From Candidatus Coatesbacteria bacterium (GTDB lineage: Bacteria > JAFGND01), in NCBI GenBank assembly GCA_016927185.1, contig JAFGND010000047.1, positions 1-56,766 of the forward strand: a stretch of 56,766 nucleotides of DNA, in the 5' to 3' direction. Both the position numbers and the translations under genes were made by a program. Below are positions 1 through 9,801 of this stretch, piece by piece (positions within the stretch are counted from its first letter, which is position 1; each line of letters begins with the position of its first letter). Below the pieces are notes generated by a model that ran no database searches, was not told the origin of the DNA, and saw nothing but the letters and a program-made list of their open reading frames with translations.

Positions 1-275
1 GAGGAGAAAACATAACTATCTGTCTTATATTTCCATTTAAGAGTTCCATCTGAGCAGTTTATTGCATAAAGATAATTATCATGACTACCAACATAAACAA
101 CTCCATCTGAAACACAAGGTGAGGATCTAACATAATCACCTGTCTGATATCTCCATTTAAGATGCTCATCTGAGCAGTTTATTGCATAAAGATAATTATC
201 CTCACTTCCAACATAAACAATTCCATCTGAGACACAAGGAGAGGAGAAAACCCTATCACCTGTCTTATATTTCCA
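1..275 (-). repeat. 120-bp coding tandem repeat (units 156-275, 36-155, partial 1-35)
   Basis: The two complete units differ at 18 of 120 nt by manual comparison; each encodes one propeller blade. Confidence 0.9.
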
Positions 276-344
276 TAACAAATCCCCAGGTGCTGAGAAA
301 AGGAAAGTGACTTGTAATATCATTATTAGAAGAAATACTTTCAT
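1..344 (-). CDS. Secreted PQQ-like/BamB-type beta-propeller repeat protein (N-terminal part; runs off the window start; missing from the ORF track)
   Basis: Manual translation from ATG 344 (GGAGG upstream): MKVFLLIMILQVTFLFSAPGDLLWKYKTGDRVFSSPCVSDGIVYVGSEDNYLYAINCSDEHLKWRYQTGDYVRSSPCVSDGVVYVGSHDNYLYAINCSDGTLKWKY. Signal peptide followed by 40-aa propeller blades. Confidence 0.9.
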   Translation of the reverse strand, partial: MKVFLLIMILQVTFLFSAPGDLLWKYKTGDRVFSSPCVSDGIVYVGSEDNYLYAINCSDEHLKWRYQTGDYVRSSPCVSDGVVYVGSHDNYLYAINCSDGTLKWKYKTDSYVFS

Positions 345-456
345 AGATTAATCCTCCAAAATAATGTATCAATCATTACTAGTTAAGTAATTGCTTCATT
401 TTAAGCTCAAGTTAATATTCTTTGCTCAGGTTTTAATGTCAATCTCTTTCTCAGCT

Positions 457-497
457 GTTTTTAAAAACTCAAGGAATTATTCCTGATTTTTAAAAAC
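457..497. repeat. Imperfect intergenic inverted repeat between divergent genes
   Basis: gtttttaaaaa-c-tca-a-ggaat-t-attcc-tga-tttttaaaaa-c. Confidence 0.5.
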
Positions 498-620
498 TGA
501 CATAAGAAGCTACACATTACTCAACATCTTAGCAAGTCATGATAAAAGATAATCATGTACATACCTTATTTCAGTATTATTCTCTTGACCAAAACAATGC
601 TTTTATAAAGTGAAATTTGC

Positions 621-1187
621 ATGAATAAGTTCTTGATGCTCTCCATATTAGTCATCTTCATTGTTTCAAGCTGTGCAAGAGTGAAGAATGACAAGAAGAA
701 TTTCAGTACTCCTGAAGGCAATCTTGCTGATATTGTAAAACTGGAGCTTCAGATTTTCAGGCTGCAAAGCGAGAACGATTCACTTAAAAACCTGTCCAGG
801 CAGAATGCTGCCATAATCCTGGTTGAGACAAGATATTATGAGAAAGTAGTTCAGGAAAACAACATAATGAAGGGCAAGAATGAATATTCTGACGAAAAGT
901 CGAGAAAGAACAAGAATTATATTGAATGCAAGGTTGACAGCAGGGGATATGTCTGGAAAATGATTGAATATGATGCAGCTGGAAAAATAAGGCAGGATAA
1001 ATATGGATTGAGGATTTTCATGTTCAATTATTCTGCTGATAACCTGATTGAAAAAATCCGTTTTAAATCTGAAGGCAAGATAAGCCATAAGTATATATAT
1101 GAATACAGGGATAACAAGAGAACAAGTACTGCATTGCTTGATGAAGAAGGAAACAAAATCCAGACAATCATTATAGATGAAGAATAG
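621..1187 (+). CDS. Hypothetical lipoprotein (coiled coil plus beta-hairpin C-terminal region)
   Basis: Signal peptide with lipobox VSS-C; heptad-like segment; YD/YS/YE hairpin-like repeats. Confidence 0.7.
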   Translation: MNKFLMLSILVIFIVSSCARVKNDKKNFSTPEGNLADIVKLELQIFRLQSENDSLKNLSRQNAAIILVETRYYEKVVQENNIMKGKNEYSDEKSRKNKNYIECKVDSRGYVWKMIEYDAAGKIRQDKYGLRIFMFNYSADNLIEKIRFKSEGKISHKYIYEYRDNKRTSTALLDEEGNKIQTIIIDEE

Positions 1188-1217
1188 ATGCAGCAAATTT
1201 AAAATGAAAGAAGAATA

Positions 1218-2687
1218 ATGAAAGTAGCGTTCATAATACCATATTTTGATATAACAGCCTATGGAGTCAGGATGCTGTCATCATGCCTGATGGATGCAGG
1301 TCATGAAAGAAGAATGATTTTCCTCCCGATTGGTGAGGAAAGAGGAGGTTATGTATATCCCAAAGAAATTGCAGAGCTTTTGAAACCTCTGGTTGCAGGT
1401 TTCGACGTAATAGGTTTCAGCTTGATGACAAACCATTTCTCAAGGATTGCTGATCTTTCATCAAGGCTGAGAAAGGACAATAATGCCTTTTTCGTATGGG
1501 GAGGAGTTCATCCAACCATAGCACCAGAAACCTGTTTCCCTTATACTAATGCTGTTGCATATGGAGAAGCTGAATATACATTCCTTGAGTTGCTTGAAAG
1601 ACTTGAAAAGAATCTTCCGCTTGAAGATGTATCAGGCTTCTATATAAGCAATAATGGGGAATTCAGGAAAGGTCCATCTCCAAGGCTCATAGAAGATCTT
1701 GATTCACTGCCATTTCCTGATTACTCACTTCAGGATGACTGGGCATTATATGATAATGATTCAACTGAATTTGAAAAACTCTCTCTTGATAACATAAAGA
1801 AGTATTTCGATAAGATATATGTATCAAAGATAAAACCCGGAACAGCCTATCAGACAATGACAAGCAGGGGCTGTCCTTATGACTGTACTTATTGCTGCAA
1901 CTACGCATTCAAGAACAAAGTATATGGGGGCAAGTATCAGTTCCGCTCAAGGGATTTCTCAAGCGTTGTAAAAGAAATCCGGGAGATAATGGATAAGTTT
2001 TCATGGATTGAGTTTGTTGGAATCTCTGATGATGCATTTTTCATGAACAGCACTCCAAGAATGAAGGAATTCTCGGAGCTATGGAACAAGGAGATAAAAC
2101 TGAAGTTCTTCTGCCTTGGAAGCCCGGTTACTGTAACAAAGGAAAAGCTTGATTACCTTGTTGATGCTGGATTGATTGCATTGCAGATGGGTGTGCAGAC
2201 GGGATCAGAGAGAATAAATGAACTTTACAATCGCTCGAGAATTCACAGATCCAAAATAATTGAAACAGCTTATGTAATGAATGAATTCAAGGACAGGCTT
2301 CTTCCAACCTATGACATAATAATAAACAATCCATGGGAGAATCTTCAGGACAAGCTTGATACACTGTCTCTTTTCAGGGAACTGCCTAAACCATTCAGAC
2401 CTAATATATTCTCTCTTGTCCTTTTCCCTGGAACAAAGCTGCACAGCATGGCAAAGGAGGACAAATCCATTCCACTTGAGTTCTATGAATTCTATGTCGG
2501 AGGTTATGAACACAGACCACTTGATTATGTAAATTTTTTATGGGCATTGCATACAAGATTTCTTCCAGAAAAACTTCTTTCGCTTGTTTCCTCTTATCCT
2601 GTGGCATGGTTTTTCACGAGACCTGTTATAAGAAATATTTTTGCACTCTCTTATAATATCGGAAGAAAGATATTTGGATTGAAGTAG
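1218..2687 (+). CDS. B12-binding-domain radical SAM protein (paralog 1)
   Basis: N-terminal B12-binding fold motifs GGVHPT and GEAE; SRGCPYDCTYCCN (CxxxCxxC); DDAF; GVQTGS. Confidence 0.92.
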   Translation: MKVAFIIPYFDITAYGVRMLSSCLMDAGHERRMIFLPIGEERGGYVYPKEIAELLKPLVAGFDVIGFSLMTNHFSRIADLSSRLRKDNNAFFVWGGVHPTIAPETCFPYTNAVAYGEAEYTFLELLERLEKNLPLEDVSGFYISNNGEFRKGPSPRLIEDLDSLPFPDYSLQDDWALYDNDSTEFEKLSLDNIKKYFDKIYVSKIKPGTAYQTMTSRGCPYDCTYCCNYAFKNKVYGGKYQFRSRDFSSVVKEIREIMDKFSWIEFVGISDDAFFMNSTPRMKEFSELWNKEIKLKFFCLGSPVTVTKEKLDYLVDAGLIALQMGVQTGSERINELYNRSRIHRSKIIETAYVMNEFKDRLLPTYDIIINNPWENLQDKLDTLSLFRELPKPFRPNIFSLVLFPGTKLHSMAKEDKSIPLEFYEFYVGGYEHRPLDYVNFLWALHTRFLPEKLLSLVSSYPVAWFFTRPVIRNIFALSYNIGRKIFGLK

Positions 2688-2697
2688 TTCCATTTAA

Positions 2698-4167
2698 ATG
2701 AAAATTGCATTCATAATTCCCTATCTTGATATAACTGCATATGGCGTCAGGATGCTGTCATCATGCATGATGAAGGCAGGTCATCAGAGAAGGCTTATAT
2801 TTCTGCCATTTGGTGATGAGCTTGGCAATTATGAATATCCAGAACACATTTCAGAAATAATCCTGCCATTGATAAAGGACTATGATATTACTGGCTTCAG
2901 CTTGATGACAAATCATTACACAAGAATGACTAAACTTGCAAAAGAGCTAAGGGGTGGAACAAGCTCTTTCTTTGTTTTTGGTGGCATACATCCTACAGTT
3001 GATCCATCAAGCTGTTTCCCATATGCTGATGCAGTTGCAGTAGGGGAAGCCGAGAACAGCTTCCTGGAGCTTATTTCAAGAATGCAGCATGCTGAAGATT
3101 TCATGAACATCGCAGGTTTTCATTTTCTTTCCAGTGGCAGCATAAGGGAAAATCCCGCTCCTGAGCTGATTGAAAAACTTGATGAGCTGCCAGATGCTGA
3201 TTATTCACTGGCTGATGACTGGATAATAGAGGGAGATAAGGAAGAAAACGCTATTCAGATAACAGAATTTAATTTCAAGAAATTCCTGGATAAAGGTTAT
3301 ATTTCCAGGATAAAACCGGGAACGGCTTATCAGACAATGACAAGCAGGGGCTGTCCCCATACATGCTCATATTGCTGTAATGATGCATTCAAGAACAATA
3401 TCTATAAGGGACAGAAATACTTGAGAACAAGAAGCCTGAAGCTGGTTATTGATGAGCTGAAAAGTATCAGGCAGAGATTCCCTTTCATAGAAGTGATTGG
3501 CCTTTCAGATGATTCTTTCTTTATAAATTCATTCGAGAAGCTTGAGGAATTTTCAAAATTATACAAAAAAGAAATAAATCTGCCATTCTTCTGTCTGGGA
3601 AGCCCTTTGACAATTACAGAAGAGAAAATGGAGGTTTTGGTAGATGCAGGATTACTCGGGCTTCAGATGGGAATACAAACGGGATCCGACAGGATAAACG
3701 AGCTTTATTTCAGAAAAATATCGAGAGATAAAGTGCTGCATGCAGCTGAAATAATAAACAAGTACAAAGACAGGATAAAACCACCTGCATATGATTTCAT
3801 TATAAACAACCCATGGGAGACATTGAAAGACAGGCTTGAGAGTCTAAGGCTTGTCAGGGAATTGCCAAAACCATTTCATCCTCAGGTTTTCTCGCTTGTG
3901 CTTTTCCCAGGAACAAAGCTGTATGAAAAAGCCAAAACAGACAGCAATATTTCAAAGGATTTCCTGGAGTATTACAAGACAGGATATGAATGGAGATCCC
4001 TTGATTACATCAATTTCCTTTGGGCATTGCATGTAAGACATTTGCCTTTATCGCTGCTTTCAATACTGTCATTATATACTGTTGCCTTTTTCTTCAGCCT
4101 GCCTGTCATAAGGAGTTTGTTTGCCTTCTTCTACTGGATTGGAAGGAAGCTCTTCGGAATAAAGTAA
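2698..4167 (+). CDS. B12-binding-domain radical SAM protein (paralog 2, tandem duplicate)
   Basis: GGIHPT, GEAE, SRGCPHTCSYCCN; same length (489 aa) as and colinear with 1218..2687. Confidence 0.92.
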   Translation: MKIAFIIPYLDITAYGVRMLSSCMMKAGHQRRLIFLPFGDELGNYEYPEHISEIILPLIKDYDITGFSLMTNHYTRMTKLAKELRGGTSSFFVFGGIHPTVDPSSCFPYADAVAVGEAENSFLELISRMQHAEDFMNIAGFHFLSSGSIRENPAPELIEKLDELPDADYSLADDWIIEGDKEENAIQITEFNFKKFLDKGYISRIKPGTAYQTMTSRGCPHTCSYCCNDAFKNNIYKGQKYLRTRSLKLVIDELKSIRQRFPFIEVIGLSDDSFFINSFEKLEEFSKLYKKEINLPFFCLGSPLTITEEKMEVLVDAGLLGLQMGIQTGSDRINELYFRKISRDKVLHAAEIINKYKDRIKPPAYDFIINNPWETLKDRLESLRLVRELPKPFHPQVFSLVLFPGTKLYEKAKTDSNISKDFLEYYKTGYEWRSLDYINFLWALHVRHLPLSLLSILSLYTVAFFFSLPVIRSLFAFFYWIGRKLFGIK

Positions 4168-4713
4168 TGCACCTTTTCTCCATGCCTGATTCATTGAAAA
4201 TGTAAACAGTACAAAAAAAGCAATATTACCTGTGAAACCAGAAAACAGGTCATAGTCAAGATAAGGGATGTTCCAGAGCAATCCGGGAATTGTGAAAACT
4301 GATATAATAAATGAGAATATCCATATCCCGAAATATCTCCTGTTCCATGAAGTCGCATCCAGAGTTTTTACCTTGCCATCCATCAATCTGAATAAAAAGT
4401 CACAAGTTATGCAGATCAGCAATGGTACTGTATAAGCGAAAGATATCTTTCCAAGCCTTGAAATAAGCTCTTCATGGAACTGCAGTTCAGTTTTGCCGAG
4501 AAGCAGCATTTTTATAATTATATATAAGATCCACAAGGGGATAAGTGGTATCAGAAGCTTCTTCCATTCAAGATAAGGTATTGATCGTATGCTAAAAAAT
4601 ATCCTCTCCTTGAATTTCATCTTTTTTCTCGGCATTATCTGGGTTTTCCTGGAAGAAAGGGGTTTCTCAAGAAAGGATTTTGCTTCTTTTTTTGTGAATT
4701 TCAAATGCTTCAT
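4072..4713 (-). CDS. Hypothetical membrane protein (about 4 TM)
   Basis: Four hydrophobic segments; start is 1 nt after the psd stop; 3' end overlaps the convergent rSAM by ~96 nt. Confidence 0.6.
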   Translation of the reverse strand: MKHLKFTKKEAKSFLEKPLSSRKTQIMPRKKMKFKERIFFSIRSIPYLEWKKLLIPLIPLWILYIIIKMLLLGKTELQFHEELISRLGKISFAYTVPLLICITCDFLFRLMDGKVKTLDATSWNRRYFGIWIFSFIISVFTIPGLLWNIPYLDYDLFSGFTGNIAFFVLFTFSMNQAWRKGALLYSEELPSNPVEEGKQTPYDRQAEEKGNSI

Positions 4714-4714
4714 G

Positions 4715-5536
4715 CTATTTCCATAAAGCTATGACTTTTCCAACCTTCACTTTGTCATCTTTGTTAATTATGGATTGTATTTTACCTTCCTCAAAAAGAA
4801 GGATGATAGTTGAACCAATATTGAATTTTCCAAGCAAATCTCCCTTTTTCAGGAAAACAGGTGGAGAATAGATCCTGTCAATAATTCCATTTTCCCTGTT
4901 GGTTACAAGATCTCTGTCATATTCGACAGTTATTGAACCAACATTTGCAGCTCCCACTTTTACATAAGCACATATTCCGTTTTGGCTTCTCATATAAGTT
5001 ACAAGTCTTTCGTTTACTGAAAAAAGCTTTCGTACGTATTTAATACCGATTGAATTGACTGGATACAGCTTCCCTGGAATTGCCTTTGCCTTGAATATTT
5101 CACAATCGAATGGTGTATGAAATCTGTGATAATCTCCTGGAGAAAGATATACTGCAATGAAATCCCCGTTTTCAAACAACTTTGCATCTTCCTTGCTTCC
5201 TAGAAGCTCTTCCACTGTTGTCTGCATACCCTTTACGCTGAACAAGGTGAAATTTCTGACTTGCCCCGTGTCTATTATCTTGCCATCTGCAGGAGAAATG
5301 ATATTATGAGGAGATTGATCAATGAAACGATCTTTCTCCCTGATTTTCCTTGTAAAGAAATCATTGAATGTACTAAAGCCTTCTTCAGGAATACAAGCTT
5401 CTTCCATATTAACCTTGTAAATGTTTGTGAACAAACTTATCAACGGTTGAAGCAAGCAACCCTTTACTCTTAGTGAAGCAAGTTTGCCTGCAATCCTGCT
5501 TATCTCCCTTCCTGAAATCCAGTCCAGTATAAACAT
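4715..5536 (-). CDS. psd: Phosphatidylserine decarboxylase proenzyme
   Basis: FNDFFTR, SPADG, YLSPGDYHRFHTP, NER, VGAANVGSI and the self-cleavage motif FNIG-STII. Confidence 0.93.
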   Translation of the reverse strand: MFILDWISGREISRIAGKLASLRVKGCLLQPLISLFTNIYKVNMEEACIPEEGFSTFNDFFTRKIREKDRFIDQSPHNIISPADGKIIDTGQVRNFTLFSVKGMQTTVEELLGSKEDAKLFENGDFIAVYLSPGDYHRFHTPFDCEIFKAKAIPGKLYPVNSIGIKYVRKLFSVNERLVTYMRSQNGICAYVKVGAANVGSITVEYDRDLVTNRENGIIDRIYSPPVFLKKGDLLGKFNIGSTIILLFEEGKIQSIINKDDKVKVGKVIALWK

Positions 5537-5592
5537 ATTCTCCTCATAATAAAATGGTTGATAAAAATCACCTTGTTACAGAAATCAGCTGC

Positions 5593-6381
5593 ATGTTAAG
5601 GCGAATTGCAAGCTCAATACTGTTTGTCTTTTTGCTGTTCTTTCTGATCAAGGAAGCAAATCTGTACTACAAGAACAGACAGAAAATAAATGAATTCTTG
5701 CAAGGACTTTATTTGAAAAATGAGAAAACAAGAACTGATACAACTCTTGCTGTTTTCAGGTATGTCTATAATAATATACAGATTGCTGAAAGGAAGAGAA
5801 GCGGTTTCCTGCGTAGTGATGCAATTTATATTATTGAAAATGGGGGCATTTGTGGTGATTTCGCAAGGTTATTCATATTGATCCTGCATGAACTTGAAAT
5901 TCCTGCAAGAAGAATAAACATAACTGATTTCGATTATCCAGAAAACAGCAAAATAAGGAAGGAAAATCTTGGTCATGTCAGCACAGAAGTCATGATAAAG
6001 GAAAATAAATGGCTTGTCTTTGATACACACCAGAGAGTTTTTTTCAAAAATGAGAATGGTGAATTTCTTGGGAGGGAATCTCTTCATTCACTGGATGCAA
6101 TGAAGAAATATATTGTTAGAGATTCCAGGTACAATCCGGATTTTGTCTATTCATACAGAAACAGTGAGCTTTTTAACTGGAACAAGTTTTTCCTTTTAAA
6201 GTTTGCAGAAAAGATATTGACAGCGATATCAGGCAGGAAGACAGTCGAGAATATTCCAACTCCATATTTATTCGAAAACACTCATCTTCTAATGGTGTTT
6301 GTTTTCTCTGTCCTCATCTTGTTTGAAATCCTTGTAACGGTTTTAATTGAATACAGACTCATGAGGAAGAAGAGTCATTAA
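5593..6381 (+). CDS. Membrane-anchored transglutaminase-like (Cys-His-Asp) protein
   Basis: GGICGDFARLF, GHVSTEV, WLVFD triad; N- and C-terminal TM helices. Start chosen at MLRRIASS (ORF track starts at 5554). Confidence 0.75.
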   Translation: MLRRIASSILFVFLLFFLIKEANLYYKNRQKINEFLQGLYLKNEKTRTDTTLAVFRYVYNNIQIAERKRSGFLRSDAIYIIENGGICGDFARLFILILHELEIPARRINITDFDYPENSKIRKENLGHVSTEVMIKENKWLVFDTHQRVFFKNENGEFLGRESLHSLDAMKKYIVRDSRYNPDFVYSYRNSELFNWNKFFLLKFAEKILTAISGRKTVENIPTPYLFENTHLLMVFVFSVLILFEILVTVLIEYRLMRKKSH

Positions 6382-7546
6382 AGACTGGATTTTCGAAGGA
6401 ATGTTTTCCCTCCATAATCCTTTCCTCGAATATGGGAAATACTGACTCTATGCTGTATTTCTTTACCCATTCAAGACCGTGCGCTGATAATTCCTTTTGC
6501 TTGTTTTCATCATAAAGCAGATTCAAGCATAAATTGTGAAATCTATCTATATCTTCCGGCGGGATAATGAATTCCTGCTGCATTGTGGAAGTATACTCTA
6601 ATATGCTTCCTCCACCAGTTGTTGCTACGAATGGTGTTCCCATTGCCATGCTTTCAAGAAGAACCCTCGAGAAACCTTCAAACTTGCTTGGCATTATGAA
6701 AAGATCTGCAGCCAGGTAGTATTTCTGTATCACTTCATTTGGTACAAAACCTTTCCAGCTGACCTTGTCCCAGAGTCCGTATTTATCAAGACCATTCTTG
6801 AAGTATTCAGTCAGATCCTTCTCCGCATCCCATAATCCACCTGCTACAAGAAAATGCAAATCATCTCTGGCAAGCGTCATTTTATGAAATATGTCAGGTA
6901 AATATCCTGCACCTTTTCCTGAAGACAAAGTATGAACGAAAAGCACAATCTTCTTGTTAAGAGGGAGTTCTAGCTCTTTCCTGATTTCTTCCTTGCTGTA
7001 CTTGTTGGGATCAAATCTGTTTAGACTTATCCAGTTTGGAACCACAACAACCTTGCTTAAATCGAATTCACCGAAATCCTCATATAATTTTGCCACGAAA
7101 TTTGAACCTGTAACAATATATTGAATCTTGTTAAGTGTCTGCTTGAGTTTTTCCTGCATCTCGATACTTGCCTTGCTTTCCTTGTGCATCTTTTTTACAC
7201 ACATGCAATGCCACAAATAGGTTCTTCCTCCAAGTATCCTGGTTATGAAACTAGCTATCAAAGCAGTTCTGTAAGCATAATGGCTGTAAAATACCTTGTA
7301 TCCCTTAATTCTCAGATACAGAATTATCAAGAATATCTCAATTCTTGAAAGGATCTTTTTCCTGAATTTTGCAAGATAATACTGATATGATGAATGTTCA
7401 TGCTCTAAGGGATCTCCTGTCTCTGCAATAACGAAAAGCTTTGCTTTCCTTGAAAGTACATCGAAAAAATCGAGCAAATGCTGATAGTGTTTGGAAGTCT
7501 TTGCCTTGTACTCAGGCATGATATAGCATATTTTTCTTGTTGTCAT
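6359..7546 (-). CDS. Glycosyltransferase family 4 (GT-B)
   Basis: VVPNWI, KG, ADLFIMPSKFEGFSRVLLESMAMGTP (Ex7E motif). Confidence 0.9.
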   Translation of the reverse strand: MTTRKICYIMPEYKAKTSKHYQHLLDFFDVLSRKAKLFVIAETGDPLEHEHSSYQYYLAKFRKKILSRIEIFLIILYLRIKGYKVFYSHYAYRTALIASFITRILGGRTYLWHCMCVKKMHKESKASIEMQEKLKQTLNKIQYIVTGSNFVAKLYEDFGEFDLSKVVVVPNWISLNRFDPNKYSKEEIRKELELPLNKKIVLFVHTLSSGKGAGYLPDIFHKMTLARDDLHFLVAGGLWDAEKDLTEYFKNGLDKYGLWDKVSWKGFVPNEVIQKYYLAADLFIMPSKFEGFSRVLLESMAMGTPFVATTGGGSILEYTSTMQQEFIIPPEDIDRFHNLCLNLLYDENKQKELSAHGLEWVKKYSIESVFPIFEERIMEGKHSFENPVFNDSSSS

Positions 7547-7606
7547 AGCTCAAGCATAGACCTTTTCAGTCTTCTTTTGTGTCAATAGTTTTTTCATGGA
7601 AAGGGC

Positions 7607-8164
7607 TTACTTGCCTTTTTCCCTTTCTACCATCTTGATGCAATTAACTGAACAGACAATTCTGCAATTACCACATCCATAACATCTGGAAGAATCTATC
7701 TGCAGACGGTCCTGCTTGAATGTCCTTGCCTTGAAAAAGCATGCATCAACACATAAACAGCAATTAGTACATCTCGACAAATCCGTTTTCTCTATATATC
7801 TTCCCTTGTCACTTATCTCATTCTCGTCATTGAAATAACTACAGCAATCATCACAGCAGAAACAGATTCCTGCAATTATGTTCCTGTTTTCAGGATCCCT
7901 GAATGGACGCGTAACAAGGAGTTTCTCTCTTGCTTCAAGTATTAGCTTGTTTGCGAAATCCCTGTCTACTTCATGCTGATTGGAACCACTTCCGCTGTTG
8001 TTCTCCACAAGACTGAGACAGACATCCATTCTTGATCTTTCACAATTTCCCTTGTTTTCCCTGCATCCGCAATTGGAGACAAGAAAGACATTACTCTCAT
8101 CTATCAATTTCTGGGCTTCTTCATGCGTGCACACATAATGCATATTGAAATTATTATCAGTCAT
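7607..8164 (-). CDS. 4Fe-4S ferredoxin-domain protein with Cys-rich N-terminal domain
   Basis: CGCR..C..C, ICFCCDDCC, then CTNCCLCVDAC and CYGCGNCRIVC. Confidence 0.85.
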   Translation of the reverse strand: MTDNNFNMHYVCTHEEAQKLIDESNVFLVSNCGCRENKGNCERSRMDVCLSLVENNSGSGSNQHEVDRDFANKLILEAREKLLVTRPFRDPENRNIIAGICFCCDDCCSYFNDENEISDKGRYIEKTDLSRCTNCCLCVDACFFKARTFKQDRLQIDSSRCYGCGNCRIVCSVNCIKMVEREKGK

Positions 8165-8187
8165 TTCAATCCCTTTTTATGAGTATT

Positions 8188-9801
8188 TTAACTTTCCTTG
8201 TTTTTTCTTTCCATTGTATCAAGATCAAGCACATCCTTGAATCTTTCGGCAAAACCTTTCAGCATAAGCTCGGAAAAGCCTTGCTTCTGAAGACCTATCA
8301 TTCGCAAGAACATCCTGCCAACTAAGATTCCCTTATCAACAAAATATCTTAAAACAGCAAAAAGAGGGGCAAAAGGTTTTCTCTGGAATATGATTATGAA
8401 AAGCGGATTTGCCAGCAGCCTTATTATGAATCTTGGAAGTGCATTGAATGAGGAAAGATAAATAAGGAAATTCAAATATGTGGGGTATGGAGCACTAAAT
8501 GCTTTCCTGTAAATCTCTTTATATTCATCATTTACCATATTCTCGGAAATGGCTTTTTTATATACTCCTGTTCCGGGATAGAGAATAAGTGAAGCAGGTT
8601 TCAGGCTGAATGGTTTGGGTACATCAAGCATAAGTTTCAAGGTCAAGATGACATCCTCAGTCCTTTCCCATGGATTATCCAGGATGAGGTGATAATCAGG
8701 AGTTAGCATGTAATTCTTGAATTTTGCTATTGCATTTGTCGCAGAAATTACATTTTCCTTACTATATTGCCTGTGATAAATCTCACTTATTCTTGGAGAA
8801 CCTGTCTGTATTCCCATTTCGATATAGACCATACCTGCCTCTACTAAAGCCTTCATTTTTTCTTCGTTTGTTGTTTGAGGTGATGATTGAGTAGCAAATG
8901 GCAATCCAACTTCCTTTTTGTATCTTTCTGCAAATTTCTGGATAACCTCAGTTGGCTGAGAAAAGAAACTGTCATCAAAGAAGGATATGGTGTTCAGGAA
9001 AGGCATTTTCTTTAATGCATCACGTAGCTCTCCAAACAAGTGATCCCAGGATCTCCATCTCAAGTACTTCTGGTTAGAATACATACCTCTATATATATTA
9101 TTGCAGCAATAAGCACAATTGTGGGGACAACCTCTTGATGCCATTGTCTGGTAATGATAAAATCTACCTAACGGAAGAAGAGGTCCTACGCTCATTATTT
9201 CCTTCAATCTCTCTTCGGTCATTGGTTCTATATGTCCTGTATGACCATCCAGTACAAAATGAACCTGTAAATAATCATGATCAATATATGGAAGGCTGTC
9301 AAGATCCTGTATAAGAGGTCTTATTGGCTCCATGACTAAGTCTCCATCTTTAATATATCTGAGATTCTTGACGCCATGCCATGTTTCACCATTCTCGATT
9401 CTCTCATACAATTCAAGTAATGTGTCTTCAGCTTCACCAGCTATTACAAGATCCGCAACCTTCAGAGCATCTTCAGGTCTTGTGGTCGCATGTATTCCGC
9501 CCCATACAACTATCTTGCCTGCCTTCTTTAATGCATTTGAAAGCTGGATTGCTTTGTCATAATAATATGTAAGCACTGAAATGCCTACAATGTCACTGTC
9601 TTCAGTAATTTTAAGAACGTCTTCTATCACTTCATCAGAATACAGTATTACATCTCCACTCTTGCTTCTAAGTTTTTCGAGATGGGGAGGAAGAAAAATG
9701 ATTTTCACTTTCTTGTTTTTTGCCCTCAGATAAGCACTCAACGATCTCACTCCGTATGCTCTTGTATCAGGGCAACTTATCTCAATCAAAGTCATTATCA
9801 T
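8188..9801 (-). CDS. B12-binding-domain radical SAM protein (paralog 3)
   Basis: [52 protein letters not shown], all shared with paralogs 1 and 2. Confidence 0.92.
   Translation of the reverse strand: MIMTLIEISCPDTRAYGVRSLSAYLRAKNKKVKIIFLPPHLEKLRSKSGDVILYSDEVIEDVLKITEDSDIVGISVLTYYYDKAIQLSNALKKAGKIVVWGGIHATTRPEDALKVADLVIAGEAEDTLLELYERIENGETWHGVKNLRYIKDGDLVMEPIRPLIQDLDSLPYIDHDYLQVHFVLDGHTGHIEPMTEERLKEIMSVGPLLPLGRFYHYQTMASRGCPHNCAYCCNNIYRGMYSNQKYLRWRSWDHLFGELRDALKKMPFLNTISFFDDSFFSQPTEVIQKFAERYKKEVGLPFATQSSPQTTNEEKMKALVEAGMVYIEMGIQTGSPRISEIYHRQYSKENVISATNAIAKFKNYMLTPDYHLILDNPWERTEDVILTLKLMLDVPKPFSLKPASLILYPGTGVYKKAISENMVNDEYKEIYRKAFSAPYPTYLNFLIYLSSFNALPRFIIRLLANPLFIIIFQRKPFAPLFAVLRYFVDKGILVGRMFLRMIGLQKQGFSELMLKGFAERFKDVLDLDTMERKNKES

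Noticed and set aside
1-275. CRISPR array or DGR variable repeat
   Set aside because: The repeats are in-frame coding units without spacers. Differences are not adenine-specific, and there is no reverse transcriptase or cas gene in the window.
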